Virus record (IMG/VR): IMGVR_UViG_3300050343_000285
Coordinates: 96,001 to 160,000 of that record
Source of the DNA: a virus
Direction: 5' to 3' (one strand)
DNA: 64,000 nucleotides
Shown: positions 1-10,145 of the stretch, one piece after another
How positions within the stretch are numbered: position 1 is the stretch's first letter
Layout of the letters: each line of letters opens with the position of its first letter
The notes under the pieces: model-generated
The model's database searches: none
What the model saw: only the letters and a program-made list of their open reading frames with translations
What the model was told of the DNA's origin: nothing
Translations under genes and position numbers: made by a program

Positions 1-205
1 CTAATCCTGGAATAGAAGGAGTAGGTAAGTCTATATCTCCTAATTTACTTTTGATTCCTTTTACTATTTTTAAAATAGCTTCTTGCACTGGACTTAATTT
101 ATCTTTAAATAAAATCCATAAGACAATACCTGCACCAGCATATAAAGCCAAATCCGTTGGGCCTAAACCAGAACTAAATTCTTCGAAGGTTTGTGTAAAA
201 TTCAT
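1..205 (-). CDS. Hypothetical membrane protein, 3' end runs off the window
   Basis: Manual translation from ATG at 205 (TAATG overlap with upstream gene): MNFTQTFEEFSSGLGPTDLALYAGAGIVLWILFKDKLSP, one hydrophobic segment. Confidence 0.6.
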   Translation of the reverse strand, partial: MNFTQTFEEFSSGLGPTDLALYAGAGIVLWILFKDKLSPVQEAILKIVKGIKSKLGDIDLPTPSIPGL

Positions 206-675
206 TATTTCCTCACTATGGTTTTAATGTCGTTTAAAAAATCTACCACAATTTTACGTTCTGTTCCAGTATTTGCTTGAGAATCTACAACTTCTTTAGG
301 TTTAAATACACCTACTTGTCTAAATGTCGCTACCATAGCATCAATTCCTGAGCCTACTAATAACATTAAGAAACTCTTCACATGACTATGGATAATTGGT
401 TCTAATACTGATGGAACCCAAGGTAAATCTACATGTACAAAAATCTTATCATAAAAGCTACTGATTAATTCAAGTGCTAATTTTTTCTTATCTGGACTAC
501 TAAGATCATTACCTAAATTTTCAATTAATTGAATAACTACAGCAGTTAACAACTGTAATATTTTCCATACTTCGCTTACAGCAAATTTCTTAACATCTGA
601 AACAGCTTTTTTAGTTTCATTAATTAAATTTTCTACTTCTTTTCTAATTAAATCTTTAGTAGTTGTATCGCTCAT
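205..675 (-). CDS. Hypothetical phage protein
   Basis: 156-aa ORF with GAGGTG SD upstream; no recognisable domain. Confidence 0.7.
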   Translation of the reverse strand: MSDTTTKDLIRKEVENLINETKKAVSDVKKFAVSEVWKILQLLTAVVIQLIENLGNDLSSPDKKKLALELISSFYDKIFVHVDLPWVPSVLEPIIHSHVKSFLMLLVGSGIDAMVATFRQVGVFKPKEVVDSQANTGTERKIVVDFLNDIKTIVRK

Positions 676-684
676 AATTTCACC

Positions 685-1143
685 TCATGCAATTATATAT
701 GGTTTTATCTCTTTAAAAAGTTGTTCGCCTACGCCATTAATGTTTATTAGTTGTTCTGGATTTGAAAATTTATGCTTATTTCTATAGTCTACAATTTTTT
801 GTGCTGTTACTGGCCCTATATGAGGTAGTTGTATTAATTCTCCTATACTAGCAGTATTTATATTAATATTTTTATATTGTTTGTCTACCCCGACATAATC
901 TTCAAGCTCTTTACTAACTTTATTTTCTTCTTTTTCTCTTGCTCTTCTTTCTGACAAATATCTAGAAAAAAAGGCAAACTGACCACCAATTAATATTATA
1001 CTTTCAACTACATGAGTCGATACACTTATTAAATCGTCTTTGGTATCTGCCTCTGTAATTACTCCGAATATAAACAATCCACTAATAAAAAAACTTACTA
1101 AAGTAAACCAAAATTCACTTTTTTTATATCCCGGAGTTTTCAT
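685..1143 (-). CDS. Two-TM (holin-like) protein fused to a ComEA-type helix-hairpin-helix DNA-binding domain
   Basis: N-terminal KTPGYKKSEFW plus two hydrophobic helices; C-terminal ININTAS..EL..LPHIGPVTAQKIVDYR..F...EQL..INGVG matches the ComEA HhH pattern. Confidence 0.8.
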   Translation of the reverse strand: MKTPGYKKSEFWFTLVSFFISGLFIFGVITEADTKDDLISVSTHVVESIILIGGQFAFFSRYLSERRAREKEENKVSKELEDYVGVDKQYKNININTASIGELIQLPHIGPVTAQKIVDYRNKHKFSNPEQLININGVGEQLFKEIKPYIIA

Positions 1144-1145
1144 TA

Positions 1146-1361
1146 TTATACCGTATAATAAGAGGTATCGTCAAATCTGTTTTCGTATAAAGTTTCAATT
1201 GCGTCATCTGTTAGTCCAGACACCGCAGTAGGGTTACAGTTAGTACAATCGTTAGTAACATACGAGCCTGTATTTAGTGCTTGAGTTACAATTGTACCAT
1301 TTTTTACAGTGCCAGAGGGACTAACACTATCGCTAGATAAAGCAACATCTGATGTAGCCAT
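1146..1361 (-). CDS. Small hypothetical protein
   Basis: 71-aa ORF with GAAGGT SD and upstream promoter-like motif. Confidence 0.6.
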   Translation of the reverse strand: MATSDVALSSDSVSPSGTVKNGTIVTQALNTGSYVTNDCTNCNPTAVSGLTDDAIETLYENRFDDTSYYTV

Positions 1362-1401
1362 AAAAATACCTTCTATAAATACGTGTAAATATACAGAAAA
1401 C

Positions 1402-1418
1402 TATTATATAATTACACC
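1402..1418 (-). promoter_or_regulatory. Recurrent phage promoter-like motif (GGTGTAATTATATAATA)
   Basis: Intergenic copy of the GGTGTA-W-TATA motif upstream of the 1361 start. Confidence 0.55.
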
Positions 1419-1420
1419 AA

Positions 1421-1756
1421 TTAAGGCTTTTCTATTCTATGCTCTAAAGCTTCTAGCGTCTTGCCTAAAGTGGCTATCTGTACCTTTAATTCTGTCATTA
1501 CTTCAGTGTTTTTTTCTAATGCTCTAAATAATATACTAGTATCTTCCTTATGACTGTTTAATCTTTCCATAATAAACTGTCGATCTTTAGCATATTGACT
1601 AGCTTGTGATTGAGCAGCAAGCATTTCTTCCACTTCTTTTCTGTTAACTAAATTCCTGACAAACCCTGTCCAAAACCCTATAAGGGCTATAATCACACTT
1701 GCCATATGTGTTGTAAAATTTTCAAAAAAATGTCCTATTGTATTTGGATCTGCCAT
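1421..1756 (-). CDS. Single-TM protein with coiled-coil C-terminus (holin/XhlA-like architecture)
   Basis: Likely start MADPN at 1756; hydrophobic MASVIIALIGFWTGFV followed by a heptad-rich tail. Confidence 0.6.
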   Translation of the reverse strand: MADPNTIGHFFENFTTHMASVIIALIGFWTGFVRNLVNRKEVEEMLAAQSQASQYAKDRQFIMERLNSHKEDTSILFRALEKNTEVMTELKVQIATLGKTLEALEHRIEKP

Positions 1757-1790
1757 ATTTAATAAGCCTTTACAAATAAATGTTTTCTGT

Positions 1791-1822
1791 AAATAAAAAA
1801 GAGGCGTATATTGCAACGCCTC
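1791..1822 (-). terminator. Rho-independent terminator
   Basis: GAGGCGT-8nt loop-ACGCCTC hairpin followed by TTTTTTATTT on the minus strand, just after the stop at 1837. Confidence 0.75.
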
Positions 1823-1836
1823 ATATCAATCAAATA

Positions 1837-2322
1837 TCAGCCTTTAGCTTCATAAGCTTTTGTTACTGTTGTATTACCAATTCTGTATACCAAGTTGCCT
1901 GGAACGTTAAATGATGCTCTAGCAGCATTATCATTGCCAAAAGAATCATTAGCTACAGTAACTGATGTGAATTTACCAGTAATAACATTATAATTGCCAG
2001 CTCTCATAGCAGTAGCTAATCTAGCTGTTCTAGCACTTTCTTTCTTATGAATAGAATCTAAATATTCGGGATAAATAGATGCATTTTTTAAAGATCCACT
2101 AATAGCAGATGCACTTCTTTGATTAATAGCTGTAAATGTAGAATTAGCAAAATCAACAGATGCTAATGATTTTTGACTATCAAGATCATCTGTAGGATAG
2201 TTACCAGCGTTGTAAATCTCATTGGTGGGATTCACTTTATTACCACCGGTTTTACCTGATGTGTAAGTAGCTGTTGTTCCACCAATATTTTGGGCAGAAC
2301 CCGAAACATAATGTATTGACAT
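1837..2322 (-). CDS. Hypothetical, probable virion protein
   Basis: Likely start MSIHYVSG at 2322 with GAGG SD; small-residue (G/S/T/A/N)-rich; has its own promoter motif and terminator. Confidence 0.6.
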   Translation of the reverse strand: MSIHYVSGSAQNIGGTTATYTSGKTGGNKVNPTNEIYNAGNYPTDDLDSQKSLASVDFANSTFTAINQRSASAISGSLKNASIYPEYLDSIHKKESARTARLATAMRAGNYNVITGKFTSVTVANDSFGNDNAARASFNVPGNLVYRIGNTTVTKAYEAKG

Positions 2323-2359
2323 AATTAAAACCTCTAGGTCGTGTGTAAATGATATATCA

Positions 2360-2377
2360 CTATATGAATAGTACACC
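2360..2377 (-). promoter_or_regulatory. Recurrent phage promoter-like motif (GGTGTACTATTCATATAGT)
   Basis: Intergenic motif upstream of the 2322 start. Confidence 0.5.
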
Positions 2378-2389
2378 AATAATAGCGTA

Positions 2390-3136
2390 TTAAGCAAAAA
2401 GTTTATACCAGTCAGAATATTCTTCTGGCACATTGTGCATATTTTTACAACTGGTGTCCATCTGTGTTCTAGAGACAAAATCAGTCCTTACATTAACTAT
2501 TTTTTTTGTAGAGCAAAAAAGGTTGAATTTGTCTATATTATCCGAGATACAACTATCTATTTGTTTATATAGCGGAAAAATTAAGTCTAAAAGCTTTTTA
2601 GAACCCGTCTGTGAGACTACATACCCATAAGTGCCTGTAATTAATCCTCTAGGTTTAGATATAATATTATTAATAATCTTTTTTTGAAAACCAGGAATTT
2701 CGTTACATCCCAAATATATAATGTCATATGAGCCTTGAGAGTCCTCTATTTGCCCTAATACAGAGCTGAGGTCGTAATCGAATCTATCATTTATTATAAT
2801 ATCATCTTCTAAAACAAGAAAGGGCTTATGAGCATCCCTACATTCTTTATAAATTAAATTATGAGATAATGCACAAGCTAATGATCCGTATGTTAAAGAT
2901 ACTCCGTACTGTTGTTGTTTTTGTTTAATAATATCATTTTTGGCTTTTGTCGTAACTATAGATTCAGGTATAAGTCTAATATCTAAGTACTTACCAATAA
3001 CTGCTTCATATCTTTTACAAGTTTTACTTAAAAATTTAGACTTTTTAATTTCTTGTTCGAAGTAAGTTTTTTTATTTTTGTCTTCGTCTAGATTAATGTA
3101 ATATATTTGTTCGAAATACGAGTATAGGTCTATCAT
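2390..3136 (-). CDS. Glycosyltransferase family 25
   Basis: YYINLD, YEAVIG, GSLACALSH, LVLEDDI and GTYGYVVS motifs typical of GT25. Confidence 0.85.
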   Translation of the reverse strand: MIDLYSYFEQIYYINLDEDKNKKTYFEQEIKKSKFLSKTCKRYEAVIGKYLDIRLIPESIVTTKAKNDIIKQKQQQYGVSLTYGSLACALSHNLIYKECRDAHKPFLVLEDDIIINDRFDYDLSSVLGQIEDSQGSYDIIYLGCNEIPGFQKKIINNIISKPRGLITGTYGYVVSQTGSKKLLDLIFPLYKQIDSCISDNIDKFNLFCSTKKIVNVRTDFVSRTQMDTSCKNMHNVPEEYSDWYKLFA

Positions 3137-4062
3137 TGAATATATCTATATATTTTATTGTTATCTAATTTAAACGCTTCTTTTCCATAGTTTTCCCAAT
3201 TAATAGTAATAATTTTTTTATTTAAATCAAATTTACCATAGTGATTATTTTCTATATTAAATATTTTATGTCGTTTGGTATCTATAAAACAATAAGACTC
3301 CCAGCCATAATGAACAAAGTATGCGATATCAAATTCATCTTGACTAATATACATCTTACCTTCGCTATCAGGAATGAAGCAATGCTTGGAGGATATATTA
3401 TTTCCGTGTATGTTGTATATGGCATAATCGATATTATCTAAAACTTTGGATGTGATATTATTGTCTCTCCACTTTTTTCTCCATCCAGCATCTTCAAAAA
3501 TATGTATTTTACTCAATTCTGAGGACGTTGTGTTAAGTAAAACATTTAGTGCTTTTCTATTAAAAATATACGTGAAAGGCATACCAAACTGAACATTGCT
3601 TTTTAAATCCTCATGCCAATGTCCTCCAACGTTATCAAATTTACCCTTATATAATTTATTATTGTTTAGCTGGTATGTAATATAGCCAGACAGCACATCC
3701 TCCTGACATTTTTGATAATGATTTAACATATTCTCTATATATGTTTTTTTATATATATCATCATCATCTATTTTAATAAATATATCATATTTTTTATAAT
3801 CTGCTTTTTTGATTGGGTAAAGATAATTTTCATGTTGAGAGAAATTAGGATGAAAAAGTATTTTTAATCTTTTATCTTTTGAGTAATCAGATAGTAGATA
3901 TTCATATTCATACTGCTCTCTAGGTGTGTCTACAGATAGACCAATAGCGTAATCGAAAGAACTATGCGATTGGTTTAGGATACTATTAGTACAATGATAT
4001 AGATTATAAGGTCTTTTATAGGATGTTGTGAAGCATAAAATACTAGGATTTTTTCTGCGCAT
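3133..4062 (-). CDS. GT-A fold (GT2-like) glycosyltransferase with C-terminal beta-rich module
   Basis: N-terminal ILCFTTSYKRP and IKIDDDDIY (DxD) motif. Confidence 0.65.
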   Translation of the reverse strand: MRRKNPSILCFTTSYKRPYNLYHCTNSILNQSHSSFDYAIGLSVDTPREQYEYEYLLSDYSKDKRLKILFHPNFSQHENYLYPIKKADYKKYDIFIKIDDDDIYKKTYIENMLNHYQKCQEDVLSGYITYQLNNNKLYKGKFDNVGGHWHEDLKSNVQFGMPFTYIFNRKALNVLLNTTSSELSKIHIFEDAGWRKKWRDNNITSKVLDNIDYAIYNIHGNNISSKHCFIPDSEGKMYISQDEFDIAYFVHYGWESYCFIDTKRHKIFNIENNHYGKFDLNKKIITINWENYGKEAFKLDNNKIYRYIQ

Positions 4063-4064
4063 AT

Positions 4065-5108
4065 CTATTCATTAATACTGTAGAAATAATTATCGTTATC
4101 GTATTTTTTATAAAAAAATTTCATCGCCCCAAGTATCCCATGTAATATTTATAGTATCATTATCCTTTATTTCAAAAGCTCCATGGTCGTCATTATCTAT
4201 ATTATACATTCGGTTATTTCTTTTGTTAAGATAAACAAAGGATGACCAGTAATTGTGCTCAAAAACACATAAGGCAAAATTTTCGTTATCTATACTTTTG
4301 TAATAAGCGCCATCGGTATTGATATTAACATCCTGAGTTTCTTCTTTTTCAATAAGAAAAAGAGTGCTAATATGTCCTAATTCTCTTACTTTTATTTTAT
4401 GTTCAGCCCATACGTTCATCCATTCATTTTTAGATCTAACAGGTGAAGAAAAAATTATATCCATTGCTTTATTATTATATATAAAGTTATATTTCTTTTC
4501 ATATGATTTTTCCATATTGAAAGCGCTATCGATTATTTTATCGCAAGATACACACAGAACGTCACAAGGTTTGTCTTTATATATATCGACTAAGTTTTGG
4601 ATATGATTAGGGTTGTAATTAAAGTCTGGATTACAGTATATGAAAGTATTATATTTTTCCTTAGCTACATGTTCCAGCAAGTATAGATCGTCTGACGTTT
4701 GATCATTATATTTATTTTGAAAAACAATTTTGATAGAGTTTTTTGGAATATAATTAGATATAATTTCTCTATATATTCTATGTTCTGATTTAGATTCAGT
4801 GCGAATATTGAGTATAAAATCTATATTAGGATATGTTTGGCTATTAAATTCATTAAGATAAGTCAGTAAAGACTTTGGATCTTTATTGAAATTAGAAAAA
4901 ACATAAGATTCTTAAAATACTATCAGAATTAGCAGGCTTAGGTGTGGGGATTATTTTTTTCTTAGCTTTTTTAGCCACTTTTTTTAATTTGCGTTTTGGT
5001 CGGTTTTCGAATTGGCTTTTTAGTTGATATTTTATTTGTTGGTGTTTTTTTTGTTGGTGTTTTTTTTGTCGGGGATTTGGTTTTAGTACTGGATTTTGCT
5101 CTCGGCAT
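4065..5108 (-). CDS. Paralog of the 3133-4062 GT-like protein with a Lys/Pro/Thr-rich N-terminal tail (two frameshifts)
   Basis: ATG 5108 MPRAKSSTKTKSPTKKTPTKKTPT...SILRILCF; removing one T at ~4900 and one at ~4110 joins it to the 4108-4680 ORF; shares the W.S...NI.N...G.F...I.W..(Y/W)G.E.F module with its neighbour. Confidence 0.65.
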
Positions 5109-5133
5109 TGTATTTTCCTATTTAAAAATAAAC

Positions 5134-6448
5134 TTAAACATTGATAATGATTTTTTCACACCAATCCCCACCCTCTATATGAGGTATTATAACGCAGTGA
5201 TGCACATTTCCTTCACATGAAAATTTAGCGTGATGTGAGTTTCTTCTTTTACTAAAGCATTCTTCGTAATAAGCTTCCTCATGATTGAAATCTTTACGCC
5301 ATAGTAGTTTATTGTCTTTGTCTTCAAATCCAAAAAACCAAAAATCAAATTTAACATTATCAGGAATGTCGTCTCTGTTCCATTCTACATTATAATTATG
5401 GGTACCTAACATACCATTAGACCATTCTTCTTCTGACATAATATATGGCTCTGGTATTTCTGTAGAATCATGGATACGAGATGCATACTTATGCACTTTT
5501 CTGTTTTGGAAATCTAGACCACAATACAGTTCGTATTCGTGTAAACTTCTCTTATTACCAAACCCATAATGTCTAAAGTCTATATTAGAAATTTCCATAC
5601 CAAAAAGTTTTCTTTGTCTTTCTTTAGACCTAATATTTCTAGCTTCAGCTTCGATGTCAAAATCATTGGACTTTACATGATCCTCCCAATGTTTATGCTC
5701 TTTTTGTCTTAAATACTCATGCCATATAATAGAATATGTTGGATGAAACATATCATAGCCATGAGTATATGCTCTAGCGCTCAAAGTTACTTCTTCACCA
5801 CGAAAATATAAATTGGGGTCGTAAATACATTCTCTACAAAAATGACCAGAAGTGAAGATGAAGTGACCAGAAAGCAATCTAGCTTTAATTAAATTAATAC
5901 CTTTAGATTTCAAAAATTTATGATTATTAATGAGTTGTGGTCTAGATATTATATCACCATCATCGGTAAAAGTATCAAAAGTAACAATTCGATACGGCTC
6001 TTCTTTCAGTGGTTCTTTGTCTTCTTTATTCTGGCCAATAGGTTGTTCCATATGTACCAATAATTGGTTTAGATGAAGGAGCTTCCTGATATAGATTTTT
6101 TAAATATTCGTCCCCAGTGTTCTTTAAAAATCTATGATGAGAGTCTAGTTGCAAAATAATACTTCTTCATCTGTGATATAGATGTTTTTGTATAGTGTGC
6201 CTAGCCCAGCAAGCGCCCTTACTTTGTCTGCCAATCGCATTCATAAATTCTTAATGTTTTTATTATCTGTAAATTCTTGTATGGACTTTCGGATTCTTCT
6301 GTTTTTTGCCAACAAATGACCCACTCTAATGAGATCTGGGTGTTTAGCTTTTAATAAAAAGATCTCTTAGCGTCGGTAAAAGCTCAGGATCTCGATATGA
6401 GGCTATGCTTACAAATATCAGATTATTATTCTTTGTCGTTATGGACAT
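5134..6448 (-). CDS. GT60 (Gnt1/OGNT-type, GlcNAc family) protein O-alpha-GlcNAc transferase, frameshifted
   Basis: Manual reconstruction: MSITTKNNNLIFVSIASYRDPELLPTLRD, SKGACWARH, LQLDSHHRF, then in the annotated ORF LSGHFIF, YDPNLYFRGEE, RAYTHGYD, IIWHEY. Confidence 0.8.
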
Positions 6449-7170
6449 ATTCTCTTAATAAATTTAACGATTGGATATGTTTGTACACTAATATATTTAC
6501 ATTCAGATTTTATAATAAGATTAATGTGTTCATCAGTCCAGACATCTCCATTAAAAATGGTATTTATGCCTGATTTTTGTTCTAAATACTTAGATGCTAT
6601 AATATTATCATATATATTATCTAAAAAGAAATTACGTAGATGGATAAACAGTATCTATATTGTTTATACTCCATGTAGAATCGAACTAAAACTTAGCTAA
6701 TATATTATGATTATATTTTCTATAATCTAATAATATATCTGAATAGATGTATCTTCTGGAACGACTGTAGCTTTAATTCTGATAATCTCACTTCTAATTT
6801 TGTCGTATTTTCTATTAACTAAATAAGCACGACGGAGCCATGATAGAGATAATACCAGACTTCTTTGAGACTTCTTCTATCTTTTTTAATCATAGACAGA
6901 CGAATTACTGTACATTTAGTCCCTAGTGGATACGTCTATAGTGAATATTTATTTTGTTAGGATTGATTAAAAAAATTTTAGCTATTCTATATTGATGTTC
7001 ATTAATTAGTACAGAATTTAGATTTGTCGTACTGTCGTGGAGACTTTTTAAGAGTTTCTTTAGTTTCTTGGTCTGTTTAAGAATGAATCTATATAATATT
7101 CTACAAACATTTGATTTAATAATTATTTTTGTAGGTATTTAATAATATCGTCAACATAACTGATATTCAT
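6439..7170 (-). CDS. Hypothetical protein, multiply frameshifted
   Basis: ATG at 7170 and stitched reading-frame fragments fill the gap between clpP and the GT60 gene. Confidence 0.4.
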
Positions 7171-7177
7171 GCAGATC

Positions 7178-7789
7178 CTAAAATACTGCATCAGCGAAAC
7201 CATAATAAATACACTGTTCTGGAGATAATATCCAATCGGCTTTATTATCTAATTGAGATAATATATGTTTCTTAGCATTGACTCTTCTCCATTTTTTTTC
7301 TTTAACCAAAGGGGAGTCCATCAGTTTGTCTGTAAAAATATCTACCATTTTAGCAGCCTCCTTTTGACTCCATTCTAAATTAGATACTGCTACCTTATGA
7401 TCTCCATCCACAAAAGAACTTCCATAATGTATTAATGTGTATGAACTTGGCATCATAATCCTTAAATCAGCAGCCTGTAAAATGATACTTCCTGAAGATT
7501 CTGCTCTAGAATAAACTATAATAGCAATTGGTGAAGGACTTAGTCTAATAGCATCATACATACTCATACAATCACACCACTCTCCACCTGGTATATGCAT
7601 ATGTATTATTATTGGATCAAAAGATAGTTGATTTAAATATCTTAAATTTTTATGCAATGAGACAGCAGATCTAAAGTCTACACCATTATCATCATCTCCA
7701 TAAGTAGCAGAATGTAGATATATTTCCCTACTTCTTGGATCTATATTATGATTATGTAAATATTCTATATCTGAATTTAAATTTCTCAT
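7178..7789 (-). CDS. clpP: ClpP-family protease subunit
   Basis: PGG, AESSGS (catalytic Ser), LIHYG (His) and DWILSPEQCIYYGFAD motifs. Confidence 0.8.
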   Translation of the reverse strand: MRNLNSDIEYLHNHNIDPRSREIYLHSATYGDDDNGVDFRSAVSLHKNLRYLNQLSFDPIIIHMHIPGGEWCDCMSMYDAIRLSPSPIAIIVYSRAESSGSIILQAADLRIMMPSSYTLIHYGSSFVDGDHKVAVSNLEWSQKEAAKMVDIFTDKLMDSPLVKEKKWRRVNAKKHILSQLDNKADWILSPEQCIYYGFADAVF

Positions 7790-7790
7790 T

Positions 7791-8226
7791 TTATTTTTCG
7801 TATACTTTATTCTGTATGTTTTCCATAACAGACCTATCCTGAAAAGCCTTGCCTATACCGATTCTAAATCGATATCTTGTAAAAATATCTAATGTTTCTA
7901 CCCCTTCTGTTTTTTCTATTATATGTTGAATTTTTGAAGATATGCTAAAATTAGTATGACCAATCCAAAATTTAAAAGTTTTAGTACACGCTGTCCCCTT
8001 CATTAAATGGTATAACACCCATAGGGGTTATTATAGCCTTAGTATTCATTTTTGAAACATCTTCTTCTTTATTCTTTTCGTTTATTTCTTTTTGCTGCTC
8101 ATAATCTTCCCATTCAGCATACTCTGAAAAATCCTCAATACTGATATCGTCTAAAAATTCAGGATCTTTGTCTAAAGGTTCAAATGGATTAACCCATTTT
8201 TCCCATAATATTTGTTTATTATTCAT
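7791..8226 (-). CDS. Hypothetical phage protein (two listed ORFs joined by one frameshift)
   Basis: Removing one G at ~7995 joins TPMGVIPFNEG to TACTKTFKFWIGHTNF. Confidence 0.6.
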
Positions 8227-8229
8227 AGT

Positions 8230-8589
8230 TTAAAGACATGCGTTGGTTTTAATTAATGGTTCTTCAGATATTTGTTCTATAGCCACCTCTTTTAATACAT
8301 TATTTTTTTTATCTAATAAATCTAATGCATTATTAATAATATGTTGATCTAAATCTTTTCCTTCATGATCTTTCAAAATACTGATAACCTCGTCTGCGAA
8401 CAATCCGTAATGTAAACCTATAATGAGATTTGCTAATTGATCAGGGCATTTTTCAAGATTATGATCCCATTTAATTTCGAAAGAATATTCATTATTCGTA
8501 CTTATACTAATCAGAACAGAGCAACCATCTTGATCTTTTGCTGATTGATCATCTTTCTTCTTATTAAATAGTTGTAGAAATGACATCAT
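8230..8589 (-). CDS. Hypothetical protein
   Basis: 119-aa ORF in operon context. Confidence 0.55.
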   Translation of the reverse strand: MMSFLQLFNKKKDDQSAKDQDGCSVLISISTNNEYSFEIKWDHNLEKCPDQLANLIIGLHYGLFADEVISILKDHEGKDLDQHIINNALDLLDKKNNVLKEVAIEQISEEPLIKTNACL

Positions 8590-8961
8590 TTATTAATTTT
8601 AATTCTAAAGATATACTTGTGTCGTATATGTCAAAGGTTTTCCAGAAAAATTGATTATTGATTTCTAACTTTGGGCATACGCATCCATATAAAAAATAGA
8701 GATTATCTTTAGTGTCAGGGAATAATTTACAGATAATTTCATCATTTATACTCATAAATTTAGGACTAATATAGCCATTTGCCATTTGCTTGTCAGTAAA
8801 TACATCTGCAATAATTTTATCCTTAATGGTATTTTTGTAAATTCCGATAGTCTTCTATTTCCCAGTAAGGTAATTTAATACTAGATTCTTGAAGAGAAAG
8901 AATGTACTTCTCCTCTTTGTAAAAATCTGTAGTTATCAAAGCCGGTACTGCCCCTAAACAT
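8564..8961 (-). CDS. Hypothetical protein, frameshifted
   Basis: ATG at 8961 overlaps the sigma-factor stop; fragments join the 8564-8785 ORF. Confidence 0.4.
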
Positions 8962-9633
8962 TATACGATATGACCTTTCTTATTATATTATAGGCTTTAT
9001 TTAGATTTTGTCTAACAGCTTCTCTAGTGATGTTATGTGCTTTTCCAATATTTTCTAGTGTCATCTCTTCAAAGTAATACATTCTAAGATATTCGTGACT
9101 GTCTTTCTGATAATAAGTCACTGCTTAAGAGATTCTTGAATATCTTTCTTTAAGATTGTCTTTATCTTCATCTATCTATTACTTGTACTTAATATAGAAG
9201 GATATTATTTTCGCTAGATAATATGTTATTTAGATTTAACTCTTCATCGTCATAATTTTTATCTAGAGATAAGCTGTTTACTTCTGATGCTGATTTTTTT
9301 TACCATACTGTCTAGTGATATAGCTTTTGAATTGCCCAAATAGCGCACTGATTTCTATAAGAATATTTGGTTTTGGCTTTTACCTGAATTATAGCACCCT
9401 TACGATTGCTCATCCCATCTCCAATCAGCCATCATGATACCATTAGCGACATTAGCTATTGCATCTTCACTTGGATAGCATCCTTTTGGTGGCACCTTGG
9501 CAAATTTGATCAGCAAATTTTGCTATACTTTTTTGAGCCAAAGTTAAATAAAAGCTTAAACTTTCAAATGTGATCTTATCTTTATTATTATACTTAGTTT
9601 TTTGTACGTACCAATATCTACTATATCTATCAT
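8954..9633 (-). CDS. Sigma-70-family RNA polymerase sigma factor, frameshifted (absent from ORF track)
   Basis: Region-2-like EDAIANVANGIMMADWRWD and SYRNQCAIWAI; region-4 HTH YYFEEMTLENIGKAHNITREAVRQNL; GAGG SD before ATG 9633. Confidence 0.7.
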
Positions 9634-9665
9634 TTTAATTTCCTCTTAGTAATTTTCCAAAATCC

Positions 9666-10104
9666 CTATAGTTTAAATTTTATTTTTTATCTTCTTCAAC
9701 TTTTGCTGGAGCTGTATTTTTGTCCACCTTCTTGTTTGAGCTCTGCTTGTCTACTGGGAGGATTTTTAACTGGTTTCTTACGTTTACCACACCCGCAACC
9801 CGCACTACACTTTTATCGTCATCCACAGGAGCGATACTTTACAAAATCATGTATAGTTTTCATGTACTCTTCTGTTACAGCAATTTTACCCTGTAACCAG
9901 CTTGCTGTCAAATTCTTTTTTACAGATTGGATCAGATAATGAATCTAAAATAGATTTTGCATTAGTGGCAATAGATTTTAAAGAACCAATATTCATATCT
10001 AATAAAGTCTTCTTTATATTCTGTGAAGCTCTTTTACATCAGAAGTGCTTGTTTGAATATTTTGTTGGACTTCTGTTAATATTTATTTTATACCTCATTA
10101 TCAT
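9666..10104 (-). CDS. Hypothetical basic phage protein, frameshifted
   Basis: GGAG SD; fragments GSLKSIATNAKSILDSL..SWLQGKIAVTEEYMKTIHDF and CSAGCGCGKRKK. Confidence 0.45.
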
Positions 10105-10145
10105 CACTCCTTTTGCGTAAGGCTTCTGTAGTTTAAATTGATTGT

